Origin: a virus
Taxonomy: Duplodnaviria > Caudoviricetes
DNA: 59,340 nucleotides
Strand: one strand, 5' to 3'
IMG/VR virus record: IMGVR_UViG_3300035670_000235
Location: 1 to 59,340 of that record
Shown piece after piece: positions 55,912 through 59,340 of this stretch; position 1 is the first letter of the stretch; each line of letters opens with the position of its first letter. The position numbers and the translations under genes were made by a program. Under the pieces are notes generated by a model. That model did no database searches. It saw nothing but the letters and a program-made list of their open reading frames with translations, and was not told where the DNA came from.

Positions 55912-56349
55912 ATGGCATCGGCTAAGCGCGAGGCAGTGGCGAGCGAGATTCGCAAATCCTACAAGAAGGGACTCAAAGCCTGCCCAGTTGCTACCCAAGA
56001 TGTGCATGTAAACCTTAAAAACCGCAACCATGCGATTAAAGAGTATGGTTATGGCCCTCTGAATCCAAACGAACCCAACCGCAAGTTCTGGCAAGCAAAG
56101 TCGGATATGTGGATGGTTCCTGCATCTGAAGCAAAGAAGTCCCGATGTGGAAACTGCGCTGCCTTTATTCAGACCCCGCAGATGCTCGATTGCATCGCCA
56201 AGGGGATGGAGGCAAGTGATGAGCCGCATCAAAGCAATGCCGAAGATGTCATCGAGGCATCGAATTTAGGGTATTGTGAGTTCTTTCATTTTAAGTGCGC
56301 CGGTGACAGGACATGCGATGCATGGATTGTTGGCGGCCCTGTCAAATAG
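55912..56349 (+). CDS. Cys-rich head-module protein
   Basis: CGNCAAF...GYC....FKC...RTC.AW; GAGGAAGG RBS. Confidence 0.6.
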   Translation: MASAKREAVASEIRKSYKKGLKACPVATQDVHVNLKNRNHAIKEYGYGPLNPNEPNRKFWQAKSDMWMVPASEAKKSRCGNCAAFIQTPQMLDCIAKGMEASDEPHQSNAEDVIEASNLGYCEFFHFKCAGDRTCDAWIVGGPVK

Positions 56350-56356
56350 GTAATTC

Positions 56357-58834
56357 ATGGCCATCGACAAGGCACTGGTTCCGCTAATTGCAGATGATCC
56401 TGATGCTCAAGTCGCAGAACTTGAGATCGATGTCATTGCGATGGGCGATGCTGCCCCGGCCATGACCATCAACGAAGATGGCAGTGTTGAGATTGATCTG
56501 GGTGGTTCCGAAGCTGCGGTAGCCACCGACCATGACGCCAACCTTGCTGACTTCATGAGTGATGGCGACCTCGCTTCGCTTTCCAATGAACTTGTGGGTT
56601 TGTTCGAATCCGATAAAGATTCTCGTTCGGATTGGGAAAAGACCTACATCAATGGCTTGAGCTTGCTCGGCCTGAAGATCGAAGAGCGTACCGAGCCATG
56701 GCCAGGCGCTTGCGGTGTGTTCCACCCGCTGCTCACTGAGGCAGTGGTCAGATTTCAGGCTCAAGCCATAACAGAAATCTTTCCCGCCCAAGGCCCAGTC
56801 CGTGGTGTGGTGATCGGTAAGCACACCGAGGAAAAAGACCGTCAGGCGGTCAGAGTTCAGGACTACATGAACTATCTGCTCACCGAGCGGATGGTGGAAT
56901 ATCGCTCCGAAACGGAGAAAATGCTGTTCTCGCTGGCTTTGGCAGGCAGTGCTTTCCGCAAGGTCTACTTCGATCCGCAGCTTAATCGCCCGGTGTCGAT
57001 GTTTGTGCCTGCCGAAGATCTCGTGGTTTCCTATGGAGCCAGCGACTTAGAAACGGCAGAGCGTGTATCGCATGTCATGCGCAAAACGCGCAACGACGTT
57101 CGCAAGCTGCAAGTCGGTGGCTTCTACCGCGATATCGATTTAGCTGATCCGGTCAATATCTCTAGCGATATTCAGACCAAGGAAGATGAATTATCGGGTG
57201 TGTCGCCCGGCGGTGAAGGCGACAGCCGTTATCAGATCATTGAAATGCTGGTGGATCTTGATCTTGCGGGTTTTGAAGATCAGGATGAAAACGGTTCCTC
57301 CACTGGAATCGCATTGCCCTATGTGGTGACCATCGACAAGAGTTCTCGAAACATCTTGGCGATTCGCCGTAACTGGGAAGAATCTGACCCGCTTAAAAAG
57401 AAGCGGGATCATTTCGTGCATTACCGCTATCTGCCGGGGGTCGGTTTCTATGCCTTCGGCCTTATCCACCTCATTGGTGGGTTGGCAAAGAGTGCGACCA
57501 GCATCCTGCGGCAGTTGGTGGATGCAGGCACTTTGTCCAACCTTCCCGGTGGCCTCAAGGCACGCGGCCTTCGCATCAAAGGCGATGACACACCGATCGC
57601 ACCGGGTGAGTTCCGCGATGTCGATGTGCCAGGTGGCAGCATCCGCGACAACATCACGTTCCTTCCGTACAAAGAACCTTCGGCAGTTCTCTATAGCCTC
57701 CTGAATAACATCATCGATGAGGGTCGGCGTTTTGCCTCCCTTGCTGATATGAAGGTGGCTGACATGAATGCCGAGGCTCCGGTCGGCACCACACTCGCCA
57801 TTCTCGAACGCACCATGAAGGTCATGAGTGCGATTCAGGCAAGATTGCATGCCTCGTTCCGTCAGGAGTTAAAGCTCCTCTCTGGAATTATCAAGGACTA
57901 CGACGAACCCGAATATCCCTACGAGGTTGAGGGTGGCGTCGAGATTAAGTCCGAAGATTTCGATGATCGCATCGATGTCATTCCGGTCAGCGACCCCAAT
58001 GCCAACAGCATGGCGCAGCGAATCATGCAGAGCCAAGCTGCCCTGCAGTTGTCTTCGACCGCCCCGCAGCTGTATGACATGAAGGTGCTGCACCGTCAAA
58101 TGCTCGAAAGCATGGGCATCAAGAATGTTGATGAGATCATCAAGCCGGATGAGTCGGAGACCCCGATTGATCCGGTGCAAGAGAACTCCAATGTAATCAA
58201 TCAGAAGCCAATCAAGGCTTTTGCATACCAAGATCACGCGGCTCACATTGCCGTTCACATGTCGCTTCAACAAAGCCAAGCATTCCAGATGCTGCAGAAC
58301 ACACCGGCATTTCCGGTTATGGCTGCTGCTCTCGATGCGCATGTGCGCGAGCATTTGGCCTTCCAGTATCGCCAAGATGTCGAAAAGCAGATGGGCATCC
58401 CGCTGCCGACCGAAGGCGAAGTACTGCCAGCCGACATCGAAAAGCGTCTCAGCCCACTCATCGCGGCGGCTGCAAGCCAGATGTCGATTGCTCAGGCCAA
58501 GATTGCCGAAATGCAGAAGAACGAAGCCTTGCTGCAAGACCCGATTGTCATGCAGAAGGAGAAGGAATTGCAGATTCGCGCAGCCGATGTTCAGCGCAAA
58601 GCGCAAGAAGCAGCGGCCAAGCTCGCTCAATCTGCTCAAACCGCTGCGGCTCGCAACGCTATCGAGGTCGAACGTATTCGATCACAAGAGAGAGTTGCAC
58701 AAGCTGCGGTACAACAGCGTATGATCGACACTGTTATCAGCGCCGAAACGGATCGCAAGCAGATAGATTCTGTCGAGATGCAAAAAGGCGTGGATGTGGG
58801 CCTAGAATTAGGTCGTCGAATTACTGGAGAGTAA
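56357..58834 (+). CDS. Portal protein
   Basis: D..SR.DWE; PW.GA.GV.HP; GSAFRKVY; RQLVDAGTLSNLPGG; coiled-coil barrel; follows TerL. Confidence 0.88.
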   Translation: MAIDKALVPLIADDPDAQVAELEIDVIAMGDAAPAMTINEDGSVEIDLGGSEAAVATDHDANLADFMSDGDLASLSNELVGLFESDKDSRSDWEKTYINGLSLLGLKIEERTEPWPGACGVFHPLLTEAVVRFQAQAITEIFPAQGPVRGVVIGKHTEEKDRQAVRVQDYMNYLLTERMVEYRSETEKMLFSLALAGSAFRKVYFDPQLNRPVSMFVPAEDLVVSYGASDLETAERVSHVMRKTRNDVRKLQVGGFYRDIDLADPVNISSDIQTKEDELSGVSPGGEGDSRYQIIEMLVDLDLAGFEDQDENGSSTGIALPYVVTIDKSSRNILAIRRNWEESDPLKKKRDHFVHYRYLPGVGFYAFGLIHLIGGLAKSATSILRQLVDAGTLSNLPGGLKARGLRIKGDDTPIAPGEFRDVDVPGGSIRDNITFLPYKEPSAVLYSLLNNIIDEGRRFASLADMKVADMNAEAPVGTTLAILERTMKVMSAIQARLHASFRQELKLLSGIIKDYDEPEYPYEVEGGVEIKSEDFDDRIDVIPVSDPNANSMAQRIMQSQAALQLSSTAPQLYDMKVLHRQMLESMGIKNVDEIIKPDESETPIDPVQENSNVINQKPIKAFAYQDHAAHIAVHMSLQQSQAFQMLQNTPAFPVMAAALDAHVREHLAFQYRQDVEKQMGIPLPTEGEVLPADIEKRLSPLIAAAASQMSIAQAKIAEMQKNEALLQDPIVMQKEKELQIRAADVQRKAQEAAAKLAQSAQTAAARNAIEVERIRSQERVAQAAVQQRMIDTVISAETDRKQIDSVEMQKGVDVGLELGRRITGE

Positions 58835-58840
58835 TTTCTC

Positions 58841-59032
58841 TTGCAAGCTGAACAAGTGCTGGAGTTTTTGAGATCAGAACTTCGCAAATACATGAACGAG
58901 TATGCGGATAATGTCGCTACGGGTTCATGCCAAGACTTCGCAGAGTACAAAAGACTGTGCGGGGTGATCGAGGGGTTAGCCCTCGCAGAACGAGAAATCC
59001 TGGATATTAAGGATCGTCTCGAAAATAGCTAA
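58841..59032 (+). CDS. Conserved small head-module protein
   Basis: G...DFAEYK.LCG.I.GL..AE.EI.D pattern. Confidence 0.65.
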   Translation: MQAEQVLEFLRSELRKYMNEYADNVATGSCQDFAEYKRLCGVIEGLALAEREILDIKDRLENS

Positions 59033-59118
59033 TGATTTAGCGCAAAGAAGCTCGCTTGCGAGCGCATATAGAAACCTTGTTTCTAAACGCGGAATGTCTC
59101 CGCGCAGTAGAGGTAGTA

Positions 59119-59340
59119 ATGACAAGCATTGCTCTCGTTAATCCGCTTCCAAAAGAAGCGAAATCGCCCCCTGAGAAGAAGGCAAGCCAATTGCCGGAAC
59201 CGAAGGGGTACAAGCTCTTGATTGCCCTGCCAGACGTCGAAGAAAAGACCGAAGGTGGCATCCTCAAGGCAACCGAAACGATCCGCAACGAAACAGTGGC
59301 CACCGTGGTGGGCTTTGTTTTGAAGCTCGGGCCGGATGCT
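59119..59340 (+). CDS. groES: GroES-like co-chaperonin, N-terminal part (continues across the origin into 5..301)
   Basis: ATG 59119 after GAGG; MTSIALVNP...LPEPKGYKLLIALPDVEEKTEGGI in frame with ORF 5..301. Confidence 0.8.
   Translation, partial: MTSIALVNPLPKEAKSPPEKKASQLPEPKGYKLLIALPDVEEKTEGGILKATETIRNETVATVVGFVLKLGPDA

Noticed and set aside
59214-59340. 127-bp terminal repeat as a biological direct terminal repeat
   Set aside because: It falls mid-gene and equals a typical assembly k-mer, so it indicates circular assembly only
1-59340. tRNA genes or alternative genetic code
   Set aside because: No cloverleaf with T-loop recognised by eye; standard-code ORFs tile the genome and all three stop codons are used

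Overview
The window looks like one complete, circularly permuted ~59.2 kb tailed dsDNA phage genome (Caudoviricetes). Bases 1-127 repeat exactly at 59214-59340, which is the overlap expected from a circular assembly. The virion genes suggest a short-tailed, podovirus-like particle that probably infects a Gram-negative host. The + strand late arm runs TerS ... TerL, portal, GroES-like chaperonin, scaffold, major capsid, adaptors, fibres, lysis genes, a P22 gp10-like hub, giant ejection proteins and a 2364-aa polyvalent protein. It carries free-standing LAGLIDADG and HNH endonuclease genes. A middle block (34-42 kb) encodes a phosphoesterase, SSB-like protein, Sak-like annealase, Cas4-like exonuclease, RusA, an HNH protein and a primase-helicase. 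A - strand early arm (42-53.6 kb) holds many small genes plus an amidoligase/glutamine amidotransferase pair. I recognised no DNA polymerase, RNA polymerase, integrase, tRNA or CRISPR array. The most striking observations are five. (1) Predicted ejected proteins carry tandem TonB-box-like motifs plus TolA-like and Pro-rich segments. (2) A terminator-ended non-coding unit at ~42.93-43.02 kb is complementary to the translation starts of several phage genes. (3) A palindrome, CATAACA(W)TGTTATG, occurs nine times at early-gene boundaries. (4) There are structured non-coding regions at 39.0-39.3 kb and 51.85-52.35 kb. (5) A pseudoknotted element follows the capsid gene. All protein calls come from motif recognition by eye; no database search was run.
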